A stretch of 64,000 nucleotides of DNA from Selaginella moellendorffii. Its lineage: Eukaryota > Plantae > Lycopodiophyta. How positions within the stretch are numbered: position 1 is the stretch's first letter; each line of letters starts with the position of its first letter. A program made the translations under genes and the position numbers. Below, piece after piece: positions 34,167 through 46,281 of the stretch. Where the stretch lies: contig NW_003314263.1 in assembly GCF_000143415.4 (NCBI RefSeq), forward strand, positions 2,281,563 through 2,345,562, written 5' to 3'. The notes below the pieces were generated by a model. That model was given only the letters and a program-made list of their open reading frames with translations, was not told the DNA's origin and ran no database searches.

Positions 34167-35174
34167 CTATATGTGCTCGGTTGACCAAATTTGTTTTGCC
34201 AAGTTTGTCATATAAAGCCTGGCATGACCATCGTTCTCCATTGCCAGACCATACGAATGCTTGGACCCATAGTTTGTTTTCGTCTTCAAGATGACCACCC
34301 GCGATTCAGAGACCACGAGCACCCCATTCTTCCAGAGAGACAAGACGCACACTTGATCCCTCCCACGAACAATCCTCCGGACAATCTCCCCGCTGTGGAT
34401 ACGTCTTACCACCAGATCACACCCGGCCTCCATAGACAGCCTAAACTCCCTGCTCGGTGAGACCAAGCTGTTCCCCTCGGGCAGCGTCGATCCCTGGGGG
34501 TGACTCCCGCCAACTAGAGACGTAGCAAAGACCCAGCAATTCCCGGCGTCAGGGTCAACGCCCAAACCAACGACCGTGCTGACTGGGTGAACAAGGAAGT
34601 TAGTGCGGTCAAACCCAAGTAGTTCACCGCTTGATCCACCACCTCCTTCAGGCCTATCGTCAGGATTGCTGTTGAATGGGGTTTCCTGGAACTGATACTC
34701 AATCCCAAAGTAGCCGAGCACTATGTTGACTTCGCCAAACCAGCGTTGCGTGCGACCCACGTCTAGCAGCTCCGCTCGGATGGTTGCAATCATCCGCCCA
34801 ACGCTGTCTAGGAGGTCGCCCCCTGGGAGGCTCGCGCGACTTGGCGCAATGGAGCAAACGTCTGAGTTCTCAGTGAAAGCTAGGCTGTAGAGCCACACTC
34901 TCACGCGGACATAGGCATCGTTTGCGTACTCCACCACGAATCCCACGCTCCTTCCTGCAAAGTAACCAAAATTGCCTCTAAACCTCCTTCCCACGAAGGC
35001 CTCGAGGCGATTCATGAGGTCTTCGACGTGCTCCACGGCAAGCTGTGCAAAACCAAGCCGCCACCTGAAGATTCCACCAAACTGGCGATTAGCCGGGGGC
35101 TGTCCATGGCAGAGATCAAAGCTCATGAGCAAAATTAGAATTGAAGCTGCAACGAGGAGCACCATGTTTCTCAT
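34167..35174 (-). CDS. secreted unknown-domain + bulb-lectin-like protein (copy 2, inverted)
   Basis: Full-length paralog of 7469-8479 from MRNMVLL; the ORF-track start at 35207 is a TTG. Confidence 0.8.
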   Translation of the reverse strand: MRNMVLLVAASILILLMSFDLCHGQPPANRQFGGIFRWRLGFAQLAVEHVEDLMNRLEAFVGRRFRGNFGYFAGRSVGFVVEYANDAYVRVRVWLYSLAFTENSDVCSIAPSRASLPGGDLLDSVGRMIATIRAELLDVGRTQRWFGEVNIVLGYFGIEYQFQETPFNSNPDDRPEGGGGSSGELLGFDRTNFLVHPVSTVVGLGVDPDAGNCWVFATSLVGGSHPQGSTLPEGNSLVSPSREFRLSMEAGCDLVVRRIHSGEIVRRIVRGRDQVCVLSLWKNGVLVVSESRVVILKTKTNYGSKHSYGLAMENDGHARLYMTNLAKQIWSTEHI

Positions 35175-35518
35175 GTTTCTTGCTAGTAGTGCTAGTGCTG
35201 CTTCCAATGTGATAAAATATCTCCTGTTTATACGATCGTCCTTGGTTGATCACAAGTGTCTCAAGATAGAACTTGGCACAGATGAGTGCACTTGGCATAT
35301 TGGCTGATTAAAGTTTATTCAAACAGCACTATTCTTGAAGAAAAGAGGAAAAGGAGTTTTGTCGAGTATTTCGTTTAGTTAAAGGGTTTAAGTAAAAAAA
35401 ACTAAGATTTTTTGAATATTCAAGGAATCCTTTAGTTAAGGGTTTAAGAATGGAAAGACTAGGGTTCTTCCAGAGGAGTGAATGCGCGGTCGCAATCCCC
35501 CTCAGAAGCAGCGATTCC

Positions 35519-37141
35519 ATGATTCGTGGCTTGTGTAGATCGCGGCAGCTGCTGAGATTGCGGTGCCAAGCGAGGGGCATGGCGGCCGCGACGCCTGTGG
35601 AAGTGAAATCGCCAGTGCGGCCTGTGCGAGTCCTTTTCTGCGGCCCCGAATCGGTGTTTCCTGACGGATTCCGGTGGACGAAGAAGTATTTGGAGCCGCA
35701 CAGCCAGATCGAGGTGAGCGAGGATTTCTTGTGCTTGTTCTTGCGAGTGTTGTTACTATGTTCTTGTTTGCCCAGGTCGACGCTGTTCCTTGCCAAGAAA
35801 TTCCAAAGGTTTTCCACGAATACGACATGTGCGTGGCGAGAATGGTGAAAGTGGACTCGAGCTTGATCTCTCTCGCCAAGAGAATGCAGCTTATCTGCCA
35901 GTTTGGTGTTGGCCTGGAAGGTATTCCAGCATTGTTCTTGACTGGAACTTACGATTCTTGACAGGTGTGGACGTTGAAGCTGCGACTAAAGCTGGGATCA
36001 AAGTAGGAAGAATTGCCAGTGATGCCACTGGAAACGCTCTTTCGTGTGCTGAGCACGCCATTTATTTGATGCTGGCTCTTCTTCGTGACCAGGTGCTTGC
36101 GAGAGTTTTCTTATGTTCTAAAACTTTTGGATTTGCCTTTCAGAAAGGGATGGACAAGTCTGTGAGCGAGAAATGCCTGGGATTTCCTACGGGTGATACT
36201 TTGTTTGGAAAAACGGTAAGCGCTGGATTACTCGCATCGATTCAACCTTTTAGAGTTTTGTTTCTCCAGGTTTTTATTGTTGGCTATGGAAATATTGGCA
36301 AGGAGCTCGCGATCCGCTTGAGAGCTTTTGGAGTCAGAGTTCTTGCGACTAAACGTTCGTGGTCCAAGAAGAATAGTTCTCTTCATCCGGAAGGCAAGGC
36401 TCTTGAAACTCTTCTTATGATCTTTTTTCGTTTTTGATTTGGTTATCTCTGATGTCGTAGTTTCCAGACAATCCTCTTCTAGCAGATGGCCTGATAACTC
36501 GTAAATCTCACCAGTTGTTTCAGTACCTCAAGGAGAACGAAGATTTGCTGGTGGATGAAAAGGGCAGCGGGGACTCCTTATACGACTTTGCCAGCCGAGC
36601 TGATATCATCGTTCTGTGCTGCCTCCTGACTCCTGAAACAGTAAGAGCCATATCTCCTTTCGTCTTGGAATTCCTGACAAGTTCTACTGTCTGTAGGCTG
36701 GAATGGTGAACGAAAAGTTCGTAAACTCCATGAAGAAGGTATCGCGTCGCGTTTGCGATTCTTCCAGTCTAATCTTGCAAACTAAAACAGGGAGCGCTTG
36801 TTGTCAATGTTGCCAGAGGTGGGCTTTTGGACTACAAATCCGTGAGAGATGGCCTTGAGTCGGGGCATCTGGGAGGACTGGGTTTGGACGTTGCTTGGCA
36901 CGAGCCATACGATCCTCAAGACCCGATTTTGCAGCACCCCAAGGTCATTCTCACTCCCCACGTCGCTGGAGTGACACAACTCTCGTACGCAAAGATGGCC
37001 CAGGTAAAAAACCAAAATCTTTGCCTTCCCGTGATTCCAGTGATGTTTCTACACTGTTTTTATCCACAGGTGATCGCAGACTGCGCCGTGGAACTCTCAC
37101 ACGGACGCGGTGTGTCGGGTCTTCTCGAGCTAGTCAATTAA
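35519..37141 (+). CDS. D-isomer-specific 2-hydroxyacid dehydrogenase, multi-exon
   Basis: QFGVGLEGVDV, GNALSCAEHAI, Rossmann IVGYGNIG, VNVARGG, GLDVAWHEP, LTPHVAG; start uncertain (35450/35519/35579). Confidence 0.92.
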
Positions 37142-37235
37142 GTTGACTCAAAAGCTCCGATTAGTCAAACGCGCTAGTCAACGAATCAATTCGATGACGT
37201 CACAAGAATGTGTTGACTTATTCAACGGTGGTCAA
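37132..37235. promoter_or_regulatory. cluster of six W-boxes plus TGACGTCA upstream of the cupin gene
   Basis: TTGACY on either strand at 37132, 37143, 37163, 37176, 37213, 37230; TGACGTCA at 37195. Confidence 0.6.
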
Positions 37236-37499
37236 GCTAGCATCGACCAATGATCCCACGCGCAAAATCTATAGTGCGTTGGAAATTTTCGTTACCCACT
37301 CAACCTTTGGTAGACAAGTGCACATTATAAGCATAATTGGATTTTTCGCATCAAACAAACACTAGAGTGGTGTCTGGGCTGGACTGAGAAAACGATTGAT
37401 CCTCTCATCCACAAAACCATTTATATACTCCACCATTGTCTTAGCTCCATGACTCCAGTTAAATTCCTTCTTTGCTTCCATCACTCCCTCCCTCTCTCC

Positions 37500-38406
37500 A
37501 TGGCTGAAGTAAGAGCCTTCGTCATGTCGATGATGATTCTTCTCGTCACTCTCGCGAGCTTTGCGGGAGCTGCCGATCCGGATCCACTCACCGATTTTGC
37601 GTCGTCCACCGCAGAGAATAACTTCCCGTATCACTACCCCAAGCCGCAGCAGCAGCAATCGCCGGACTCGTCCAAGTTCGTGGTTCGTGATGTCTTTAAA
37701 AATGGCGACGTCTCCAATGGACCCGGCGGAGTTCGAGCAGGGCTCTCGACCAAGATCTTCCCGGCTATGGAGTAAGAAAAAGCAGCCTTTTAGTTTGATC
37801 TTAGATGGGATCAATCGTGTGCTTACCTCCTAAACTCCTTGCAGCTCCCAGGGACTCACTTATGTCCACTTCAACATGACTCCCTGCGGTGTTAATTTGC
37901 CTCATACGCATCCACGAGCAACTGAGATGCTTACCATGGTGTCTGGAGGGCCGCTCCAAGTTGGTTTTGTAGACACTGAAGGTAAGACGTTGTTGAGGGG
38001 CGATTCGAGTGATCGAACGGAGTTTTTCGACTGCAGGGAAACCTCATATCAACGTGTTGCATCCTGGAGATGTTACGATCTTCCCTCGAGGAATGCTCCA
38101 CTTCGAGGTCAATGTCGGAACAGAACAAGCGTTTTACATCTCGGCTTTGAACTCACAGAATCCTGGAACACTGGTAAGCACTCTAATAAGTATTTTAAAC
38201 AAAAGAACTAATCGATCGAAAAACTTTACCAGACGAGTGGAGGAGCGCTGTTTAATGTCCCCGCGCGAGCATTAGCAGCAGCTCTGAACCAGGATCTTGC
38301 ATCTGTGTCGAAAATCAAGGATACGATTTTCAAGTATAGCTCGCAGCTGCAGATGACTCCCCCGAACACTTGCGTTCCTGGAAAAGACGTCACAACTACG
38401 TTTTAG
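37500..38406 (+). CDS. germin/spherulin-like secreted cupin, 4 exons
   Basis: Signal peptide, ADPDPLTDF, PCGVNLPHTHPRATE, FPRGMLHFEVN, SALNSQNPG. Confidence 0.92.
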
Positions 38407-38550
38407 AAGTTGCCAAAGCTCTAAATACACTACTAAAAACCTTGACTTGATGGGCATATGTTCTTAGAGACTGTTCTTGTTGATTGTTTTCCCTGATCAA
38501 CGAAGGACCCATCTCGATCAGAAGGAAAATAAAAAACTGGCAAAACGTAC

Positions 38551-40847
38551 CTATATGTGTACTTGGAATTCTTTTTGAGTGTATAGCTTCCAGCCGGAGC
38601 TGCCTTTGAACTCCAAAACTCTGGAGTGATACTTAATTAATGAAATCCTGTGCCCCACCGAAACATACGATTTGATCTTGCGTTGGAGCAGTGCGTAAAG
38701 CTTCGATTCATTCGTCATGTCAAGTGCGCTCGTTGCCTCGTCGAGAAATGCCATCTGAGGCTCGTGTAGAAGCAGCCGTGCAAATGCCACTCTTTGCTGC
38801 TCTCCAGAGCTGAGCACGTCTGACCAGTCACACACTGAGTCCAGGCCTCCGACTCTTTGTATTAGATCTTCCAGGCTCACTTCCTCAAGCACCTTGAAAA
38901 GTTCTGCATCCGAAAAGTACTCTGATGACAGTGCCGGAAATAATAGCTGTTGTCGGAGAGTTCCCAGAGGCATGTAAGGCTTCTGTGGCAGAAATATTGT
39001 CTTCTGTAGAGGCACCTGGATGATACCGGCGCCTTTGCTCCATAGGCCTGCTATCACTCGGAGGAACGAGGATTTTCCACAGCCTGAAGGCCCCAAAACC
39101 AGTAATGACTCCCCAGGAAGTAGCTCGAATGATAGATTGTGGATAAGTTGGGTGCGAAGATTTGGAGTCGTCACTGAAAGACCGCGAACAACAAGGCCTT
39201 CCCCTTCTTCACGAGTTATGGAACCTACGCAAAGATAATAGTTTCGGTGAGCTAGACCAAAAATTTTCTCGTACCAGAAATTGGAGCTTGGCTGTCCGCT
39301 AAGTTCAGCAAAGGATGACCATCAGTATCGTCTTCGACGTGCAGCTCTATAGCGCGCTTGCTCGATTGTCTTCTGTAGCTTCCAAACAGCTGGTCATGGA
39401 TACCGAGTGCAATGAATAAGGTGTCCAACCGTTCTGTTTGTGCTGCGAGCCCACTGAAGAGAAGGTTTCAGTTGGTGAAAATCGAAGATCCAGTAACGCA
39501 CCTGAAGCGATCGAACTTCAAAATAATAAAGGACATGGACGTTAAGATCTTGTGGAAGGCCATGGCAGTTTGAGATATAACTCCAAATTCCACCTGCAAT
39601 AGCACGCCAAATCAAGAACGAATCACAGAAAAGAAACACAATAACCTGGCCGGAGAAAAACTTTGGAGCAATGATCAGGTAAGGAACAATAAAAATCGAG
39701 AACTCATAAGCATTACTGAACAACGATAGGTGTCTGTCCCATGCTATAAGTTCTCGCATGTTTCCAACAAGAGAAGCTAGAAATGCCTGCATAGTCACGA
39801 ATTACCTATGGCCTTCTTCACGAAATGTGTATTACCTTCACGGAAGCTACTTCGTGACCCTCGCCCCTGTAAAAAGCGATACTTTCAGCGTTTTCTCGTA
39901 CACGAACCATGGAGTAACGAAAATCAGCTTCTTTTTGTAAGTTCTGTGGTTTTGTTATGTAATTAGTTGTAACTAAACAGATAGCACAGTACCTGATACT
40001 TTAGATGCATGATCTTCGCTCCAAAAAATCGAACAGTGACATATGTTCCAACGATGGAATACGCAAGCAAGAAATACACGAGTTCTGGAGCAATAAACCT
40101 GCAATGCAAACACGATATCCTTCCGAGAACGAGCAAACAAAAGGAACATACCATAAAACTCCAGTAAACGCGCAGACATTCAAACACTTGCTGGCAATAA
40201 TTGCGAGGATATCGACCGCATTGAGAACAAAGTTGGATACATCTTCGCAAATTCGTTGATCCGGATTGTCGACTTTGCCTTCCATCTTGAGGTCAAAGTA
40301 GGCTCTATTCGCTGTTCATGAGCAAAGAATTAAAACCAAAACCCTTGGTAGAGCACAAAGCTCTCAACTGAAATAGCTTGTCAGCAGCAAATTTGAAAGC
40401 CAGACCCGCCACTCGACCGCTAGAAGCTCCTGAAAGAACAACGAGTTACTCGCAAAGAAAAAAAAAAACGAGGAGCTAAAGAATGTAGGCTACCTGGCTA
40501 TACTTGTAGAACGCTAGAAGAGGAGTGGCCACCACAACAACACCGATAAATTTCCAGAGAGCCTTGTGGAATCCAGCGACGTCTTTGTTTGACACCGCCG
40601 TGGAAAGATCCCGCTGGATGTAGGAAATCGACACCATCACCCCTGGCGGCCGAAATATTTTCCAGCATCCTGGATCAGATCGAGCTAGCCGGAAGGAAAT
40701 ACGAGGCATACCTGCACAGATCGCGCAGAGGAGGAGCACGATCGATAGCAGCCAGTAGGCCTTGCGCTTGCGATCTCCCCGGAAGAACACCGCGGCGACG
40801 CGCCAGACCTTCCTTAGCAGCCTCCTCGACGGCATCGCTTCCGCCAT
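38551..40847 (-). CDS. ABC transporter subfamily D half-transporter (ABCD2-like), multi-exon
   Basis: DNPDQRICED, Walker A GPSGCGKSS, FLPQKPY, signature LSSGEQQR, LDEATSALD, SVGHR. Confidence 0.9.
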
Positions 40848-40913
40848 TTCGCCTCTCCGGGAAGAAATGGACGTCCTCTCTTTAAGGTCGGCACAGCTTA
40901 AGAATGGAGAAAC

Positions 40914-40957
40914 GAATATGCTATGCTTTGCCCTAAAAGAATATTCAGAGCATATAC
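40914..40957. promoter_or_regulatory. three P1BS (GNATATNC) motifs in a bidirectional promoter
   Basis: GAATATGC 40914, GAATATTC 40939, GCATATAC 40950. Confidence 0.6.
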
Positions 40958-41004
40958 CATTTAACCCCTTTTCGAAAGCCTCTGTTTTAGGGCTGAGGGG
41001 CCGA

Positions 41005-42167
41005 ATGGCGCACCGCGGCTGGGGGCGCCTCGTAAGTAGATCATCTAGGATAGCAGCAGCATCGATCCGGCCTCCCGCATTTCATTCGGCAGCTCAAGAT
41101 CTCCTCCGCGGCAGCTATCCCGCGAGGAATTTCAGGATCGCGGAGAAGAAGGTCGCGGATTTCAAGCAGGCTGCTGTGTCCAAGGCGCTGGTGGCACTGC
41201 GAGCTGCCGAGAATGTGTCCAACACCGCCTGGAATTCGATCGCTGGAACCTTGCAGCCGGTTGCTCGACGCATTGAGAATTTGGACTCGGGTTACAAGGA
41301 AGCCATGGCGCTTCGCTTGGAGGCCTTTTGTAGGAGGAACCGGCTGATTCTTCTTGCTGCTCTAGGCTCTGGTATGTCCATAGTTCTCTGGAAGGTGGTT
41401 ATCAACATTAGTGAGCTGCTGGTGGGATTATCGAAATTCTCCTTTCAGTTTGGATTGCTCGTTCTTACGACTTCGTCAGTCGTTTGCGCGGTAGGCATAT
41501 ACATTTCTACTTCTTGTATCCTTTTTTGATCTTTTTCTCTTCTTTACTGCAGGGTCTAGCTTTGAGAACGCGACACACCATCAATCCCGAGACGGTTTAT
41601 GGAATTGTCATGCGCAAGCTGCAAAGTTCTGCCGGATTTATGGAGGTGATGGGCCATCCAGTTGTTGGTGGAAAAGTTCGTGCTTATTTTACATCCGGGG
41701 GTGACTTAAAGCTCCAGGACCTCAGGCCAAGGCTGAGCTGCAAGCGGTGCTTTATTGTGTTTCCAGTCCAAGGCTACGAGAGACGAGGCATGGTGAGCAG
41801 CGAGGTCATCAAAGAGGGAGGACAGGTATGCTTTTCAAAGGTTTTTTTTTTTTTTTGGCTTTTTCTGATTTATGTGAGATATTTTCTGCAGTACCATGTG
41901 AAGCTGCTGGCTGCTGACATTCCAATGGATACATCCGATGAGAGGTTATATGTTGTCGGGGATGACCGTGATTTCGAAGCTTCCCAAGGGCCATATTTTG
42001 AGCTCCGAGACCCGATTTTCAAGGCGATTGCTGCCGAGCGGGAGTTTGATGTTCTAGATGAGATTGAAGCCAGTCAGCAGCGCAAGAGGTTCTTAGCCAA
42101 GCTGGATTCAACCATCAAAAGAGGACAACGATGGGCTAAGCGTTCAGCCGAGTTGTTGAAAAGATGA
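41005..42167 (+). CDS. Tim21-like mitochondrial inner-membrane protein, 3 exons
   Basis: Arg/Ser-rich presequence, TM region, INPETVY..VMRKL..EVMGHP..RAY..SGG..CFIVFPVQG.ERRGMVS..KLLAAD. Confidence 0.75.
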
Positions 42168-42694
42168 AAGCTTCTGGAGGATGACTGAGGTACGTTCTTT
42201 TGAATGTTCAAACCCATCCAAATTTGCAAACCAAATAAGCTTTTTGTTCGTTGCGAGGTGACGTTTGGAGCGTTGAAGCAATAAAGAGTTCGAGAAGGTG
42301 GTGACTTGGACGAGAGAAAACGCCAACGTGGTAGCTCGGTTACCCAGCGTGGAGCCGACGTGGAGCCGAGATTAACTGGCGCAACGGTTGGCGGAGTCAA
42401 ACGAATGGAATTTCCCTCGGGAAGCTTCCGGCAGGGTGTGAGGCCGGCTTCACACACTCCAGGGCAGAATAAGTCTTTGGGTTAGCCAGGAAGACGCAGG
42501 TGTAGCAACGAGCGCTAGTCAACACGAGATCGATAGAGATGAGAGCGTGGAATTGGCCATTCCCCGCGATAGATATACCCAGTAGCAGTAGACCCAGCAG
42601 GGATTTGTGGAAGCGGTAGCGAGCATCAAAATCTAATTTTGGCGACAAACACTCCAGATCTGGATCAAGCCTTTTCGTCTCGAGAGCAGCAGCA

Positions 42695-44008
42695 ATGAGC
42701 AAGATCAGCAGGCGGAAGTCACCGAAGTTCGGCTCTTCCAAGGGGAAGCAGAATCCATTCCAGAACCGAGGGATGGACAAGTTTAACGAGGTCTACTCCG
42801 AGCTGGAGAAACTGCGAGCTTCGATTGCCGCTGAGGAAGGGGTGTCTACCTCGGATGTTTGGTTCACGAGGGGCACGTCCAAAGGAAGGGACTGGGTACC
42901 GGTTGTAGTTGGCAGGAGTCGCTCATCGTCCACCCCTTCTCGAGGGGATTCGCAGCCTCTGACTCGGCTAGACAAGCAGAATTCTTCCGCGGAGAGCAAG
43001 ACCGGGGATGACGTTGTCTCGGATCAAGCTTCCGTCGAGGAGGAAAGCCATAGCCTCAAGGATTGCAGCAAACAATCTTGGCTGTCCGTCAAGTTTGAGC
43101 AGCTTGTCCACGAGTTACAACACGGGACGAGGAAGGCGCTCAAGGCAATCACATTGTTCATCATGATAGTCGCGGCAATAGTGGACGTGCTGATAGCGGT
43201 CGTGGCCGGCATCACCTCGTCTTTCATCGCTAGGCACTTGAGACCGATGTGGGCTCGTTACCTTCCGGTGAATTTCCCGCAGCAGCCCAACAGCGACCTC
43301 AGTTTTGCGCCTTCGGTAACAATGAGATCACTGCCGGGCTCGATGAGCTGTGTTTCGGCCCCTACTTCCCCGAGGCAACCCCATCAGTTTGGATCAGGTG
43401 GAAGTTTCAGCAACACCAGCGACTTCAGCAGGACAACGTCAGCGAGCACACCGGTGAGCCCGGTGATGAGCTGCTCGACGTTTTTCAGCTCGGACAAGCC
43501 GCAGGAAGTCGGAAGTCCGGCCCACAGACACCAACCGAGGAACAATCCGTTTCAAAGCGAGCAACAACAGGGTGGAAGTCCGGCGCACAGGCATCAAAGC
43601 GAGCAACAACAAGGTGGGAGTCCGGCCCACAGACACCAGCCGAGATTTCAAAGCGAGCAACGAGGTGGAAGCCCGGCTCATAGGCATCAAACCGAGCAAC
43701 AACAAGGTGGAAGTCCGGCTCATAGGCATCACAGCGAGCAGAGAAGCCATCACCAAAGCAGGCTAAATCATCTCCAGCAGCAGGAAGAACTCGAGAGCTG
43801 CGTTGGTGGCAACGGTGGGGGTGCTGTCCAAGTGATGCTCATCGTCGTGGTGATCCTCTTCGGGCTCACCAGCACCGGGATGGTCGCGGCGATCGTGTTC
43901 GCGTCCATGGCCTGGTTCGTCTTCCCGGCCGCGAGAAAAGTTAGCTCCAACCCGTCGAACAGGACAATCTTCCAACACGACGAGTTGAGAAAAGGCTTAA
44001 GCGCGTGA
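42695..44008 (+). CDS. ZCF37-like plant membrane protein with internal peptide repeats, intronless
   Basis: NPFQNRGMDKF..YSELE and DWVPVVV motifs; hydrophobic segments. Confidence 0.7.
   Translation: MSKISRRKSPKFGSSKGKQNPFQNRGMDKFNEVYSELEKLRASIAAEEGVSTSDVWFTRGTSKGRDWVPVVVGRSRSSSTPSRGDSQPLTRLDKQNSSAESKTGDDVVSDQASVEEESHSLKDCSKQSWLSVKFEQLVHELQHGTRKALKAITLFIMIVAAIVDVLIAVVAGITSSFIARHLRPMWARYLPVNFPQQPNSDLSFAPSVTMRSLPGSMSCVSAPTSPRQPHQFGSGGSFSNTSDFSRTTSASTPVSPVMSCSTFFSSDKPQEVGSPAHRHQPRNNPFQSEQQQGGSPAHRHQSEQQQGGSPAHRHQPRFQSEQRGGSPAHRHQTEQQQGGSPAHRHHSEQRSHHQSRLNHLQQQEELESCVGGNGGGAVQVMLIVVVILFGLTSTGMVAAIVFASMAWFVFPAARKVSSNPSNRTIFQHDELRKGLSA
43511..43742 (+). repeat. coding tandem repeat, GSPAHRH(Q)..EQQQG x5
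   Basis: GGAAGTCCGGCxCAxAGxCAx units, 45-63 nt. Confidence 0.9.
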
Positions 44009-44427
44009 CAGAAAAAACTGTAAATCATTTCTCTCTTTTGGGAATCGCCAGGCATGATCATTTCCAAGCAATGTTTTAAAGGTAAACAACAGTGGATCCC
44101 GAAGTGTCAAAGGTCGTACAGTGATCGTACAGTGTTTTACGTGTGATCGTGCAAAGATTGTAAAGAGAAAAACAAAAAGATTGGAAGGTATGGAATAAGC
44201 CGCCGATTTTCTTTGTTAAGTTCACGTGTTCTTTGGAAATGTGAAGAGCGTGGCCGGCTTGCCGATGTGGCAGATGTTTGCCAGGTGGGAAGCTGCAATT
44301 CGCTACTTGGGGTTCTTTATCCTGTCCACGTGGTTAAATCTTTGCCGTTGTTTTCCCAGATGGAGATAGGGCTGAGCTTCTCGTTCTTAAATTCCAGCAA
44401 GGTAGGAGGATCGTATCCGCTAGGAAA

Positions 44428-46058
44428 ATGGCAAGCGTTTGCAAGCTAAGTGTGTCATGCCAGCCGAATGCTCGAGCGAATTTTCGATCTAGAGTGCACA
44501 GGGCGAGTGTTTTGCGTCCACTTTGCTGTAACACTGGCACTCCGAGCTCCCTGGAGAATTCTCCTTCTCCTCGAAAGAATCGGGAGACAAAGCTACTGAG
44601 CTCGTTAGATTCGTACTTCAGCAAGCTCCAAAACAAGAGTAGCGCTGCGAAAGACGTTGCGGTGGAGAATTCGGCAAGCTCCGGGGCTGTGATCGAGGAC
44701 TCGAAGAATACGTCCGGGGATTTACAAGGACTCGACGCTCTCAATGCCTACTTCGACAAAATGCAAGTTCCAGCCACCAAAGGTAGTGCCATTTCTTTAG
44801 TTTTTTCTTGCTAGAGATTCATCAATCGCTAACACAGTTTTGGCTTCCAGACGTTCCGAAAGAAGTGCCCAAAGCTCCAGTAGAAGAAGATGAGAAAGTT
44901 CTTAGTTTTCTACACGAGCTAGACAAAAGCTTTCAAAAGGACGACGCTAAAACTCTTCCTACGGACTTTGCTCCAAGAAATGCTTCTACTTTCACGTAAG
45001 TACTCACGAAAAAAGAAGTAAAAATGAAGAAACTCTCTGCTTTTCCTGGATTTTTTTTCCTTTGATTCTGTTTTTACTATTTGTTCTTTCGCAGGAATGT
45101 GATCATAGGTGTAAATGCCGCTGTCTTTCTCTTTGGTCTCGCGAGCCCCGTTCAAACTCCCGAGATGGTCGAAGTTCCTCTCCCGTTTCTAGTCGGAGCT
45201 AAGATCAACTCTCTCATTGCGGATGGACAGTGGTGGAGACTAGTCACTCCAATGTTCTTGGTAAATTTCGTGTGAACTTAGTTCTGCCAACTTCTCATTG
45301 TCTGTTCTTTGTGTTTGTAGCACGATGGTCTCATCCATATCGGCCTCGGTGCCTGGGCTCTACTCTCCTTCGGTCCGGGAGTGGAGTCCGTCTATGGTCC
45401 GGCCGGGTTTTGTATGATCTATCTACTTGGAGGAATTTTCGGGAACATCACGAGTTATTTCCTCACTCCAGCTCCAACAGTCGGTGGCACTGTAAGTTTT
45501 CTCCAAAACTTTCGATCTAGTTTTGACACAAGTTTTGGCAAAATGATGCTGTGACAGGGTCCTCTTTACGCTCTAGTCGCTGCATGGGCCGTCTACATTA
45601 TCCAGAACCGCCAGAGTTTCGGCAAAGAGATGCAAGCAGGGATCACGAGTGACGTGATACAAAAGATCCTCGTTATGAGCGCTCTACACTTGGCTTTGAC
45701 GGATGCGTTGCCTGCTGATAACTGGTGAGCTAGTTTCTCGAAAACTATGACGCGTAACTTCGCCAAGTTTCCAGTTTCTTAAACTTTTGCGTGTTCTTAC
45801 AGGACTCATGTTGGTGCGGCAGCAGTAGGCACTTTGTTTGGTCTTTTGGCTACTCCAAAAGCCGGTCAAATGAATACCCGGCTAGAAGATCTTGATGACA
45901 ACATGGTAATGTCTGGCGAAGCTCCGGAGTTCCAGCGCTTGACGCAGGCCTTCGCGCTTTGCATGGGAGTGTTTTTTGTTCTTTATAGTTTTGGAAGTCC
46001 TGCAGCAAGCGAGATGCTACGAGTTCTCTCGCAGGAGAACGACACGGATTTCCTGTAG
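44428..46058 (+). CDS. RBL9: rhomboid-like protein, RBL9 type (plastid), multi-exon
   Basis: Transit peptide; GAKINSLI.DGQWWRLVTPMFLH, YLLGGIFGN, VGGTGP in place of GxSG, DNWTH. Confidence 0.85.
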
Positions 46059-46281
46059 TCGTAGCGCTTGGGTAAGAGGCAATTTTATACTCTTCTACAT
46101 GAGAAAATTTTTGCTCCTTTGTTTATAATGCAAGGCTTCTCAAACGGTGACGCTCGAAACGAGATAAGGTGGACAAGAATGCATTGGACAACTCGTCTCC
46201 CTCGAAGGATGTTCGAATATCCAAACGAGGACATTTAAGAGAGACTATTTGCCGTGTCAACGAGAGGGAAAGGAGGAGGCA

